Shown: positions 51,501 through 64,000 of the stretch, piece by piece
How positions within the stretch are numbered: the stretch's first letter is position 1
How the letters are laid out: each line of letters starts with the position of its first letter
Assembly: GCF_037042905.1 (NCBI RefSeq)
Contig: NC_087246.1
Location: forward strand, 61,194,001 to 61,258,000
Direction of reading: 5' to 3'
Length of the DNA: 64,000 nucleotides
From: Lytechinus pictus
Taxonomy: Eukaryota
Program-made: the position numbers and the translations under genes
The notes under the pieces: generated by a model
Database searches by the model: none
What the model saw: only the letters and a program-made list of their open reading frames with translations
What the model was told of the DNA's origin: nothing

Positions 51501-54500
51501 GTCAAATTTATTTTGGTCGAAATGACCTTTTTTGCTTGTCAAATTTTCCAGCCTCTGGTCATCCCTACCTCTGGGGAGAGATTTCCGTCCTTGACAGAAT
51601 CTCATAAGTTTCCCTTTACCTTGTTCTAGTTTCATTTGGGTGTGAATGATAGTAAGTAGTGAGAGAGATACATATATTGTGAGACACGTTGGTTGCTTGC
51701 ACAATATACTTTTGTGAACAAATCCAATCAAGAGAGTGAGAGATTCGAGAGACATGAACTGGGTTCTGTGAGACCGCCTGAGAGGCAGAACGCTACCTCG
51801 ACAGAGCACCATTACTGGGTGACACATTTGCTACAGCGACAATTGCACTGGGCTTTATTTCGTCTAAGATATGGGGTAGGGTAAGGGCTGCAATAGGGTT
51901 TTATATTAGGTTTAGGATAGGGTATAGTGTTAAATCCAGGGTTGAAGTTGGTCATTCCATGAACATAAGGAATTTGTAGCGGAGCAAATGTCATGGAACC
52001 CATAAACTGATCATATCAAAGTCATTCATGTCATACTCGTTCATATCAAAGTTGTTAACATCTAAATTATTCATATCAAACTTGTTCATACATGTACCAA
52101 AACTGTTCATTGTTTAAATCATCTAACATTCATAGTATAGAAGCATGGACTACTATGAAAAGCATGGTTGTATCGAGAGACTCAAGGGGACTGCAACATA
52201 ACTACGCCCAAGGACATGGTCAGACCAATTTTGTCATTTTTAAAAATATTCAATTTATATTATCAGGGAGAGAATGGACAGAAGTCAAGGTTTGGTATCC
52301 TTCCATCGATATGGAATCTTTGTTGCACGCTAGTGCACAAATAGTGCGGAATAAGCAGGATTTCTAAAATTATCTAACAAATCACGCTGAAAATATGGTA
52401 TCAGCAATCATCGATCAATGCAAATTTTTGCATTTAACAAATAGGATCTCAGTAAAATTAAACTATGCTTGTTGCCCTTGGTAACAACAAAAAGTGAGGT
52501 TACATACATGACCTCACTTTTGACCGATCAGATGAATGGAATATTCAATATTCTTAAACTAAAAACTTATAACTTACAAAATTTTCCGTCTTGCTACTGG
52601 CTAGATAAAACACACTGAAATAAATCATTTTCAGGTCTAAAACAATGGACTTGACATTTTAATTCTGAAAGATACACTGGTGAAATGTATTTCCTATACA
52701 TACCTCATGATGACCACCCCAAGCAGCGGTATTAGCAACATCATCACAATACTTCTCATATTCATCTAATAACAAAGAAAAATATTAATATTAAGATGAT
52801 GGTAATCTTCGACATCTCGGTCCAATTTCTTAAAGACTTGTTATAATAACAATTTCTATCACAAATTTACTATCAGCCAATTAGATTGAAGGATTTCACT
52901 AGCTTTATTGGAAATGTATCATTATAAAAAGTTTCATGAATCGACAATGTGATAGCAAAATGCTTTTCACTAAGAAATTTGGCTAAGTAAGGAAAAGTTA
53001 TAAGTAATGAAATGAATATGAAATAATAAAATTTTTTAAGCTGAGTAAAACAAAGTTGTGCTTAATCCAAAAACTGAATTGAATATCGGCCTTGTGATAG
53101 TAATATAATATAATAATATGTTTAAATAGCGTAGCTACTATGTAGCATATACTCTACTGCACTTGATACTTGGTATCATATTATTACCCCGGCTGTAGCT
53201 GAGCCGCCATATAGGCGCTAAAGCATTCAAGGAATAAATCCAAAACAGGTACCCATTCACCTCTCCTGGATGGAGTGCAGCACAATATGGGTAAATTTCT
53301 TGCTAAAGGAAAACACGCCATGGCGTGGATTCGAACTCGCGTCCAACTGATTGAAAGACGAGAGTCCTAACTAATCGACCGCAACGCCCCTAAAAAAACA
53401 CCATTACGAAATTTCTTGTGTTCTCTAAAAACTCAAATGCAGTGAAGATGATAGCCGTTAGATGCCGCTCTTTCTCACGATCATCTTTTGAAAAACATGA
53501 GTAAAAACATAAATACTTGTCACAGTAACATACTATGGGTGGTCCTTAACGATGTCTCTGCACAGCAATTTTTACCAAGTGGGAAAGTGGATTAAGAAAG
53601 TTTACCTGCTGTTAACGTGTCTCCTGTATCAGGCTTGGTCAAGAAGCACAAGAACTCATCAATATTGGATTTCAAATGATCTGAAACTTTTTGTCGAACC
53701 ACCTCCATTTTCTCCTGAAATTAAATAAAAATCGAAACATATTTATTACAAAAAATAAAGAAGAACTATAAAAGTAATGATACATTTTTTTGTTTTAACC
53801 ATTAAGACATTTTGAAGCAGCTACTACTACTTAAGTTGAACAATAAGTAATCAAAATTATTTACTGTATTTTGGGACTTTTCCACCATCAATTAACTTTA
53901 TTCATCTTAATAAGTCTTTAAGCAGGATTTCTGTTATTCGTCTTTCACCATAGCTGTTCAGTGTTCTCCATTGTTTTATTGATGCTGCAATGAGAGGATA
54001 AGCAAGGAAAAGATGCTGAGTGAAGATCCTGCCAAGTATCTTTCAGAGTGGCTTTCATGCATTCTCAATTGTCTTGCCTATGTTGAAATGGAGGATCAGC
54101 AACAAAAAGATTCTGGAATCGCCTCATGATGCCAGGGACCCATTTTATAAAGAGTTACGATTGATACGTTCAACGTCAACTATATGGAAATCTATCTCTG
54201 TCATAAATTTTTCTCACAGAAAATTTGCACAATGTCCTGTGTAAACAAAGATGATCACACTGAATTTTCAAGAAACTATGAATGTTTATTACAACATATC
54301 TGGAAATCATGTGGAACATGCTTTTTATATGATGACATTGCTGGCTTTCCAGAGTTGATTGGATCAATCATAAATCTCTAAAAGATTGGGCCCTGGTCAG
54401 TATATAGGAGATGAAATATATATGAATTATCAGGCAATAATAGAATAGGTTTTATCCATACATGATCAGGATATCAAAATAGATAGGTCTTCAAATTCTG

Positions 54501-57500
54501 TTTCAACTGATTCAATGTAGGTAAATGTGCCATAGGCCATTCAATGATTTCATGGAGAAGCATAATGATAACTTGTGCAGTGCTTGAGCAGTGGTAAGGC
54601 AATCTAGTTACATAGGTTCTATTTGGTGATTACTATTAGGCTGGTTTACTAGAAGAAGAATACTCACCTCAATACCCTGTAATGACAGTTGATGAACAAC
54701 TGCATTATACAGACAATGTCCATCGGATGGTATCTGCAAAACACAAACAAAACAAGAAATGATCGTTAGTATTACTACATTCTTGGGTGGGTCATGAAGA
54801 TGTGGGTCATGAAGATATGGGCTCTGTAGATCACAGCTGAGTGACCATATAAAAAATCAATTTAAATAAAAATTGATTAGAATGCCATCAGTTTTGATAA
54901 TCAATGCTATAATCAATCGTTTAACTCTGCTGAAAGGGCCAAAAGAATTATATAATGAAGGAGTGAACGATTGAACTGAATGTTTATTATATTTTCGTTA
55001 TCTGACACATTTGGATTTTATTTGTTGGTTTGACATCTTGCCAAAGTTTATCTAGACTTGATCTACGCAGTTTCAGAAGTTGAAAATCATGCCTAACTTG
55101 TCTCAGAAGAAAAAGAAAACGAGAATATCCAAACGGAACAATGGAGGTAAGAAACTTTACGAGACTCTCGGCAGTAGCCCACCCAGGAGTTCCCGGCTAT
55201 CAAGCTCCGACGAGGACAGAGATCTTGCTGCTGTTCAACCAACCAGATCAGAATGTGCAAATAACAAGCCTATTTCAAATTCTTCCGCCGAATTGACATC
55301 CATCATTAGTGACGAATTGCAGAAAGCTTTACGTTCACCGGCCGTTACCGTGGAGACAGTGGACGCTGTCTTCAAAAGTGTGTGAGTGTGTGAATGAGAA
55401 GCTAGCAGGTGAATTACATTCCGCTTTCCAGCTGGACCTCGAATCCAAAACATCAAAACTTCAAGAATTAGACCGACAGATGCACAAAAGTATTGGTGAC
55501 ATCAACAAAGCCCTTGATAACCAGGAACAATACAGTTGAAGAAGTTATCTTCATTTCCATGGAGTCAAGGAATCAGCGAATGAGAATACTGATGCTGTCA
55601 TCTTAAACATTGTTAAGGAAAGCTGGATGTTGTGCTCAGTCCCAGTGACATTGACCGTTCTCATCGACGAGCATCGCGGAATCCAATAGAAGTATAATAC
55701 TTTTTCATTTTGTATATATCATTATTATGTATTATGTAAGGTTTTTACTTTGTGATTTATTGTGTGTATTTTAATGTTTTTATCTAGACAGGGCCCCTTG
55801 GCAGAACAATACACGATATTGAAAGGGTTACCCTGTATAAAGAAGACCAAATACAATAAAACAACTTGCATGAAGTGATTTTCAAAAACTACAGGCTGCT
55901 AACAATTTGCCATTGAGCATTCACAGAGCTCTGGAAAACAATGCCTTTGTAAACACAACGTTGCCTCGGTTTGTTGGGTCAGTCAACCTCAAAATGTTTT
56001 TGAACAAACCCTTTGATTGAAATATAATATACGCACCTGCTTTATTTGTAAATTTCTTTTCGACGTGATATCAGCAAACTGCCTGTTTTCAATATTTCTT
56101 GCACTATTTACATTGTCCTTCTCTGCTATGGCTATTCTTTCTGCTTTCTCCTTTTCTTCTTGAGCCTTCTTATTCTGGGAAGGAATTAAAAATTACACAG
56201 ATTGGTTAATTTCCTTTAATACAGTAGGCCTACACACATATACAAAAGAGTTCTCATTCATTTTTTTTCCAATTTGAGGCAAGTATTGGTCAGGTATTAC
56301 CTACAGATATTAATGACAACTTCAAGGCAAAACATCATTGTTTGGCTTAGTTTTTAGGAAGAAAAATTTATAGAATGAATTCACTCACTGTGAACTAAAA
56401 TAGACCATAAAACGTAATATAATTTTAGAAATGACATTAACAAAATAATGACTCTGCCACAATTATATTTCACATTTCCTTGATAGAAATGGATAAGTGT
56501 ATGAATACAAACTCAATAATTCCAACATAAACAATGCTTTTGACCTGCCCATTGGCACGAAAGTAGTTTAATGTAATAACTGATGGAGTTGCTCTAAAGA
56601 TGCACTATCAAGTCCTTTCATCATGCCTGTGTTGATTTTCTTGTTTTAGTTTAACTAGCTCTTCATATAACTTGGCAATAAATTGATCTTAATCTTCTTT
56701 CAAACAAATGAGATTATTTTGCTATGGGTAATCACGTGACAACAAAAAAATCATAAGTGATTCTTTTGCTTTGGATGATATGGTAAGGGTCATCAACAGA
56801 ATCATAACTCTAACAGGTAGACAATTTTACCTACCCGGCAACCATGAACATAATCTTTTCAATAAAAGTCATGAAAAACACCAGACTCACTCTTCTTTTC
56901 TGTGCTTTTGAGAGCTTCTGTGATTTATCCTCAGGTTCTTCAGCGATGTCTAATTTTTCAAGCATTTCTTCTGCTGATGCTTCCTTTAAAAGTGAAGAAA
57001 TTGGAAAATACACAAGAAATTTAATATTGAATAAAAACAAAATTACAGATTCATTAATCACTTTGACTTAACCCCCCCCCCCCCCTACTCTTCCATTGCT
57101 ATGTGTGCTTCTCTTGCTTCTCAGACTTGCTGTCACATTTTCAGCATAACATCTGAACCCAATCTCAAAATGAGATTAATTCATAAAGACAGTCAAACAA
57201 AAGCTAGTACCAGTAACAGCACCATCTAGGATGCATATGCCCACTCAATGTTTCCCTGTAAAGGGAATGCTCACAATTGATTGTGCAATCAATGCAACAA
57301 TTTGGTTACAATATACTTTGTACATGACTGCAATGTTTGCAAATAATTACAAGACCTCGCTGTGATAGACACAATGCATGTATACTTTATTGTTAGGACT
57401 CATTTAACAAAGGGGCACCAATCACACAAAAAAAAAAAGAAATATGAGATAGCTGCTCAATTTCTTTTCTTTTTGGAGTAAGATTGATTGGATCAATTAA

Positions 57501-59294
57501 AATGCTTTGACAGACAGATCCTGCAATGATCTCTTCATCATGTCACTAAATAACATCAGAAGCAGGAAATATATATCTTATACTAGTATTACCTTATATG
57601 TATATAAAACCTAGACAACACAAGTGGGTGTTTCATAAAGTTCTTCTCAAGTTATCTTCACAAACGAGAGCTAAAATCAACACCAATGAAAAGGGTCACT
57701 AGTTGTTTATTCAGTCGTGCGTAACTTACGAACTGCTTTATGAAACTGCCCCCATCCAACATGGTAAGAAAAAGATTATTTTCTTACATTCTGACATACA
57801 TCATGGGGAACAGCTGCCTTGTTTTTGTTTGCCTCAAGCTCTGCCTGATGCCTCTGGTCAAGATCTGCTTCTAATTGAGCAATTTCCTCGGCTGCTTCTT
57901 TCTTCCTCTTCTTATCTCCTTTGGGCACAGCCTTCTTTATTCCTTGAATCTTTGCTGTGATACATTGAAAATCATCCCTTTAATTGTTAATATGTCCAAG
58001 TTTTCCTCCTCCTTTCTTCATATTTCTTGTAAGATATTGCCTTCAATATTCTCCTCTACCTCCTTTTCTCCTCCCCACCTCCTAATTCTCCTTCTCTCCT
58101 TCTCCCCTCCCCACCTCCTAATTCTCCTTCTCTCCTTCTCCATTCATCTTCTTCTCTCCTCCCTCCTTCTCCTCCATCCTTCTCTCTCCTCTTTTTTTAT
58201 TCCTCTCCTTAATACTTCATTCACCTTCCTCAGCCTTATCCTTTTCATTCTCCTTCTCTCTCAGGACTTTGACATATGTCTTTTTTTTTAGTTTACTAGT
58301 TTGAGCCCCATCCTTCTGCTTCTTGACTCTTTTCTTTTCTTTCTCCTCCTCCTTTCCTCTCCCTCTCACTCCTCCATATTTCTCTTCTCCTTGCTCTCTC
58401 TGTCTGAATCAGACAGAGTCACTGCATTGTACGATTACGTACAGTATTACTAAATATTTTGTTAGTCATAACAAAATCAACACTTGCTCACTGCAACCAT
58501 CCTAGTGATCCTACCTGTGGAGAATCTACAGGTAGGACTATATGGTATGCCAATGCAGTACACAGCACACACTTTAAAAAAAAATCATTGAATTTGAAAT
58601 ATCACTTATGTGACCAAAAGGCAAAAATACTAATTTCCAATTCCATACAGTTGCAATTTATTTTTCATTGGTATTTTGCCTTTTTTTTTAAAATAATTTT
58701 TGTATTCACCAGAGGCAGAGCACTCAAGAACTTGAATTTTTGGCATATTTTTGTGTATTGCCTCTATTGGTGGAAAGTAATATGGCCAGAAAACTGTCAT
58801 TTTTCAATCTCTGTTTTTAATTTATATTTATAAAAAATCAAACAAAGAATCAAATTTACTTGCAACAAATACAAGCCAAGTGTTGAATTTGAAACTGATT
58901 GTCAAAAAACCAAGCATTTGTTTCAAAGAAAAAGAGAAAATAAACCAATCATTTCCATTTTTTGTACCACATGGAGTAGTAACAGAGAACAACCTTGTTC
59001 ATTGAAATGATGAAAATTACCATGATAAGTTAGCAGCCTAGATAGCTGACAAGAAAAGAGTGCTGTGGGACCAAAGACAGATCTACTAGTACTGTCACTA
59101 CTTCAGTTGTTACTTGGCTAGGCTAGGGCTGTTATTTAAAAACATAAAGCCATTTTAAATCATGATATGTATTGGCGGCTGTATCAAGTTACAGTTGTTG
59201 TTCCTTGCCGGGATAACAATTAAAATGTGCCAAAATTACCTTGCAAATCCTTCCGTTCCTTTCGATGTTTTTGCTCCAATTCATCTTGATCCAT
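48418..59294 (-). CDS. OTUD6B: OTU domain deubiquitinase OTUD6B (289 aa, 9 exons)
   Basis: Exons (minus) 59294-59240, 57954-57800, 56983-56891, 56174-56037, 54733-54668, 53714-53606, 52765-52704, 51057-50951, 48502-48418 = 870 nt. KHRKERKDLQAKIQGIKKAVPKGDKKRKK, SKAQKRR, catalytic IPSDGHCLY, AAWGG and HAYGLGEHYNSV. Confidence 0.95.
49013..49153. mobile_element. Small Harbinger-like MITE
   Basis: CAGGATCCCGAAACACAAAGCTTAGCAAT / ATTGCTAAGCTTTGTGTTACGGGCCCCTG. Confidence 0.65.
50951..51057 (-). CDS. OTUD6B: OTUD6B exon 8
   Basis: MKAITEIYKTPIEVLQAEGPLLKIGEHFDTQPIML; donor GTAAGT. Confidence 0.92.
51240..51593. mobile_element. hAT-like poly-G MITE with 8-bp TSD
   Basis: ACAGAATC|CATGGGCAGAAATC ... 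GATTTCCGTCCTTG|ACAGAATC. Confidence 0.8.
52704..52765 (-). CDS. OTUD6B: OTUD6B exon 7
   Basis: DEYEKYCDDVANTAAWGGHHE; donor GTATGT. Confidence 0.92.
53101..53390 (-). mobile_element. tRNA-derived SINE
   Basis: Minus strand: tRNA-like head with B box GAGTTCGAATCC, core CAAGAAATTTACCCATATTGTGCTGCACTC...GAATGGGTACC, (ATT/ATA)n tail. Confidence 0.8.
53606..53714 (-). CDS. OTUD6B: OTUD6B exon 6
   Basis: EKMEVVRQKVSDHLKSNIDEFLCFLTKPDTGDTLTA. Confidence 0.9.
54134..54395. mobile_element. Harbinger-like MITE
   Basis: CAGGGACCCATTTTATAAAGAGTTACGATTGAT / ATCAATCATAAATCTCTAAAAGATTGGGCCCTG. Confidence 0.6.
54668..54733 (-). CDS. OTUD6B: OTUD6B exon 5 (catalytic Cys loop)
   Basis: IPSDGHCLYNAVVHQLSLQGIE; donor GTGAGT. 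Confidence 0.93.
55060..55865 (+). mobile_element. LINE remnant: ORF1 fragment joined to a LINE-like 3' tail
   Basis: DNQEQYS*RSYLHFHGVKESANENTD...DIDRSHR resembles LINE ORF1 (EQYSRR..L.I.G motif); 3' part GGCCCCTTGGCAGAACA...AAGGGTTACCCTGTATAAA...AATAAA. Confidence 0.65.
56037..56174 (-). CDS. OTUD6B: OTUD6B exon 4
   Basis: NKKAQEEKEKAERIAIAEKDNVNSARNIE...LQIKQ; donor GTGCGT. Confidence 0.9.
56891..56983 (-). CDS. OTUD6B: OTUD6B exon 3
   Basis: EASAEEMLEKLDIAEEPEDKSQKLSKAQKRR; donor GTGAGT. Confidence 0.9.
57800..57954 (-). CDS. OTUD6B: OTUD6B exon 2
   Basis: CACAG|CA; AKIQGIKKAVPKGDKKRKKEAAEEIAQLE...; donor GTATGT (alternative in-frame GTAAGA 12 nt further). Confidence 0.9.
58040..58400. 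repeat. CT-rich low-complexity tract with a ~39-bp direct duplication
   Basis: CCTCCCCACCTCCTAATTCTCCTTCTCTCCTTCTC occurs twice. Confidence 0.7.
59240..59294 (-). CDS. OTUD6B: OTUD6B exon 1
   Basis: ACCATGG Kozak context; MDQDELEQKHRKERKDLQ; G|GTAATT. Confidence 0.9.
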
Positions 59295-60794
59295 GGTTCC
59301 GAGATTACTTTCAGAGAGTATTGATTGCGAAGATTGCTCACGATCACAAGTACATCTCCGAGACTCCGACGTACAACGACAGTACGCAGTGGATCGGAGT
59401 TGAAACGAGCTCGCGCGCAGACTGCACTGGGATATTTTTTTTAAGTGAAAATGTGTAATGTAAATTAAATGCAAATCAGGGGGTGTGGAACTGCATGGGG
59501 GTGGCTACAATCTTCTCTGAAAATTGATTACCATCGAATAATTATAATAATGTTATGCTGCGGCCCCTTCTCCCCACTTTCAAAATCCTTCCTCCCGCCG
59601 GCTGAAATGTAAGGAAATTTATTGACACCTTCACTGCATGAAAAGTTCTGAAGGAGCACTCCAGGCTGAGAGAGAACTATGATTTGAACAGATATAGAAA
59701 AATCAGACAATCAAAACACTGGGAATTCGATCAAAATCGGACAACTAATAACGATCGAAGTTATGACATTTTAAACTTTAAAGATTAACATTATTTTGAT
59801 GAAACAGAGTCTATTCCATGGCTAGCCAACGGTTATACCACTTAAAGGGGAAGCTGAATTACTGAAGGTATAAAATTAATTTTCAATTGACATTTCATTG
59901 ATTTTTAAATTCAAAATACATGGAAAGCTGCTAGCATATGACGTCAGGCGTCACAAATCAAAAAATAAACTAATAAAATATTTTTAAAACCTTCACCAAT
60001 ATTTGTTATTATTTTTTTCCTATTTCACTATAAACTTTCTGTGAGGCACCATCACCCCCACCTAATGAATATTCATGACGATGTTCATATAAATGTTTTC
60101 TTTAAAAACTGCGTAACTTTTTCGATGAAAATTTCAGGATTTTGCTCACGGTGAATTTTACTTTATTTATACAGATATAATTATTTTCAGGTAGTACTGT
60201 ACATGACCTCTGTAAAAGAAATGACAGTGATGATAGTACAAACTGGGGCAAACTTAATTTGCCTCATATTAATTGATGCATTTGTGCTGGAACCCAGATC
60301 GAAACACTGAAGAAATCAACAGGTGTGCGGTTCTCTGGAAAGTGGGATGCATGAAATGGGCAAGAGAGGCGCAGCATAATTGCAGCAAAGTGAGGGTCAA
60401 TTTTGTTTTCCTCATTTTAAGGGCACTTTTAAGTCCCTGGGAGAAAAGTCTTGATCAAAGAAATATTTTCTGGTAAAAGGGGAATTTTATGTTTCTAGAA
60501 GTAGACGTTGGTCTCTCTTACCGTCCGAGTTATCATACTTCTTGCATGATGGTTTTAGCACACACAAACGAAACAAAATTATCTAATTCATAATCAAATT
60601 GTTTTATTCTCTCAGTAAAACCTGTTGTAAATTGACAAAATATAATACGAAGTTGAAATAAATGAATTACAAATCGGTGTACAAGACAGTCTAAAAATTG
60701 CATTATGTGGTTCGGAATCGAACTGAAAATAATGCCATAATTGTAGAAATAATATTAATAGTGAAAACTACGCTAATAAGTAGAGGCCTGCGCC

Positions 60795-61012
60795 CACTAG
60801 CGTACCTACGGGGGGGGGCAGAGAGGGCAGTCTGCCCCCCCCCCCCCCTGACGAGCTTGAAGACCTTTTTTTTTTTTTTTGCTTGTCAAATTTTTTTCAG
60901 GTACGAAATCCTTCATTTGTGATTGAAGACCTTTTTTTTTTTTTTTGCTTGTCAATTTTTTTGGCGGACGGTTTTGCCCCCCCCCCTGTGAAAAATCCTA
61001 GGTACGCCACTG
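60795..61012. mobile_element. hAT-like poly-G MITE with 8-bp TSD
   Basis: CCTGCGCC|CACTAGCGTACCTA ... TAGGTACGCCACTG|CCTGCGCC. Confidence 0.8.
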
Positions 61013-64000
61013 CCTGCGCCTGATTTTCGGCAGACACTAAAAAAAAACACGAATAAAACGAAAAAAATAGGCCCCTATAGTTTTTACTTTGAAACATTTA
61101 CCCTATGTTATGGGTTGTTATTTTCATATTCGATATGAGTTCAATAATCTTTGACAAAAATTTTGAGATTCAGGCAGGTAAATGATCCTTCTGGGCTTTT
61201 TCTTGATTGGTCTCATGAGACCAGTAATAGGCTTATCGCCATACAGGCGCGGTTCTAGGGGAGGTTTGGGGACTGAAGCCCATGCACCCCCGTGCATCCC
61301 TAAAAAAATAAGAATTTCAACCACAAAGAAAAAATATATATATATTTGCGTATATGTATTGAATAATCCAGTATTCCATTTTTTGTCTTCTGGTCCTCTA
61401 AAATCAAAACTTTACACGCTCCCTCTCAAAATAACATCTAGATACATAAAACATTAATTTTTTCTTGCTTAAAACTGGGTACTTTTCAGTGCTTCAAAGT
61501 GAGGGGGCACTGTGCACCCCCCCCCCCCCCCAGGATTCCCGCTCCTGGGTAGGATTTAGGGTTGTCGATCCCTATCATTTCGGATTGGGTGGGGTGAAAA
61601 AAAATATCCAAAATTTCCGGCACGCTTAATCCAAGAGCCAAATTTTAACACTGAGAATTAGTAGTTCCCCGAAATCTTGACCGTGACAATTTTTCTATGT
61701 ATAATAGTATTTTTGTGTCAAGTATAATGGTTTTATAGTGCTTTCCGATGTCATTGTCAAAACTATTTGGGGAACAAATCGATATGTTCGCCCCTGCCCC
61801 CTCCCCAGATCGAGGCCTCATATGCAGGTTCAAGTGATTTGACTCTAATACTGCATGTAGTCAATGTGTATACTAAATATATGTAATAAATGGGAAGAGA
61901 TCCTGGGTATACTTTTGCAGCCTATCTGCATGCATGTTGAGTAATTCAGGAATTTAAAGATGTTGCAGATTTACATTTATTTGGAAGTTCATAATAAAAT
62001 GCTCCAAAATGCTAGGCTCACTTCTCCCCGGTCACCACATCCCTTAACACATTGAAGCCTCTGAAAGGGGGTTGTTCCCGATATGACATTAAAAACCCCA
62101 CCCCTGCTATATTCTATATTATACCTATTACGTTATAGTTCTTATCTCTGTAAATTAAAAATATCGCTTTTGAAAGTAAGAATTTTTTCTCTTTCATTTG
62201 GCTCTCTTCCGTATGAATAAATGAAAAGCCAACTGGAAAGGGTAACATCATTGCAAGCCCCCTTCTAGAATTATCCCTCTTAAATGAAGTGAAAACACAT
62301 GCTGTGCCCTCATTTACATTATACACCAATCTGGGCCTGATGGGTGCTGAAATGGTTATGAAATCATTCTCAAGCATTTGTAATTTATTTTGCTCGGTCG
62401 CTAAGCCCTCTCGCATATAGAAACATACGGCTATACGCATAGGCGGATCCAGGGGCCCTATTGGCGGAGCAAAAAATGAAGAAATAAAAGGGAAAGAAAG
62501 ACAAAAAGAAAAAGAAGGGGAAAGAAAGAAGGAAAAATAAGAGGACAAAATAAGAGGAGGGAGACGAGTAAATGAAATAAGGTCAGGGAAGTCTTGGAAA
62601 ATGATTTTTTTTAATATTTAATGTCACTATATTAAATTTTCGCTCTCACATTGCATGTTCGATGAGATACACATCTTGCTCAATAGGCTGATATGTATCA
62701 AGTTTTGAAGTCAATATTCAAAGCATATTTCAGCTCGAACATCGAGCTTTCATTATTTTGTTTGATTTACAAATTGATTTGTTTAAGTGCCCCGTAAAAT
62801 GTCCGTTTTATGTTGTGAATATATCATTTGCAGCCATAATGGTTAGTTTCGGTCATTATCGCTCATTTGGTTTACCATATCGAAAACTTGTATGCAGTGT
62901 ACCGGACATGTAAAAACATAGCAGACGACGTTTGCAGACCTCGCGATCATCGTATGACTAGTGGTGCGGAATGTTCCATTGCGGCTTTATGGGGGTAAAT
63001 AGCATTACAGAGGGATAAAATGTATACACAGATAATGTTTCAGCGTTGATTCGCAATATTTTGAGTCAATTTCCATGAATTATCGTTGTTTGAACATTTA
63101 AACATAATTATAAAATGAAAGAAATAAGCAAAACTTAATTTTCAGACTTAGCTATGCAGTGGTAAGCTAGGATGCACCCCTCGTATGCATAATGGACCCG
63201 TCACGAGTCTAGGTTTGCTCTTCGGACATCACTATCACAAAGAAAATCTCCTCTGATTTGATGATAAAAGTGCCCTATTTCCTTATTAACCAATCTCCAT
63301 GGTTCTTTCATGAGTATTTGCCTTACAATGTGCCCTTTATTGTAATCTGGGCGGAAATTCATGATACCACCACCCACCGATGTGACGACGGATATAATCC
63401 ACCCGGGTACTATAAAAATGTCCCCCAAACCCATTATCCCAATACATATTCCTGACTATGGATGGTTTCTAGTGATTTTAATGTAATAAAGTGCCATATT
63501 TCCCACCAATTGAATGTAAAAAAAATTATGGTCATCTGATAGAAGAAGTTGTTACCATTCATTTCAGGGGGGCGGAAATTCTATCTGAATCAACGCTTGT
63601 CCTTGATACACATTTGTTTGTGAAAAAAGGGTATAATGCAAGGGAATTCTGCGTGTTATAAGGGTGCGCGCGTGCAGCGAGGACCTTCTGTCCGCTAGTT
63701 TTCCATATGTAGCAGACGATGCTAGCCTGCTAGTATATAGTATACTTACGCAGACCCGATTGCAAATTGCTTCCTCAAACTTTAGCTATATTATAAATAT
63801 TAGTAGGCAAAGCTTTATAGTACAAGAACATTGTTACTTTCAACATTGAATGCGTTAATTAAGTTTCTTTGGACTGTATTAAAGGGGAATGAAACCTTTG
63901 GAATAATTAGACTTGTGTCGAAACAGAAAAATCAAAGAAACAGATCAACGAAAGTTTGAGAAAAATCGGACAAACAATGACAAAGTTATAAGCATTTCAA

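Noticed and set aside
53320-53390. Functional tRNA gene
   Set aside because: Poor stem pairing, and it runs into a SINE core and tail.
59295-64000. Divergent gene sharing the OTUD6B promoter
   Set aside because: Only MITE-like and poly-G/C repeats; I found no convincing exon.

Overview
AT-rich, intron-rich animal genomic DNA. The repeat landscape (tRNA-derived SINEs, TTAA- and poly-G MITEs, Tsp/pearl-like elements) suggests a marine invertebrate, probably a sea urchin; this is inference. Three spliced genes were reconstructed by hand with consistent GT-AG junctions and reading phases. (1) An ANKRD60-like ubiquitin-like + ankyrin protein (+, 7458..14006, 7 coding exons, 755 aa) with a long extra tail of [FY]xxWxxxK helical repeats. 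(2) POLR2C/RPB3 (+, 30941..41477, 7 exons, 275 aa). (3) The OTUD6B deubiquitinase (-, 59294..48418, 9 exons, 289 aa), convergent with POLR2C. The rest is mostly transposon material: a 5'-truncated, frameshifted LINE in POLR2C intron 2, an L2 relic inside a ~4 kb foldback structure, two Helentron-type (HINE/pearl) elements, SINEs, many MITEs with readable TSDs (several nested) and a GC-hairpin minisatellite. The best leads are the domain architecture of the ANKRD60-like protein and a tandem triplication of the OTUD6B catalytic-His/stop region. No CRISPR array, rRNA or intact tRNA was seen.
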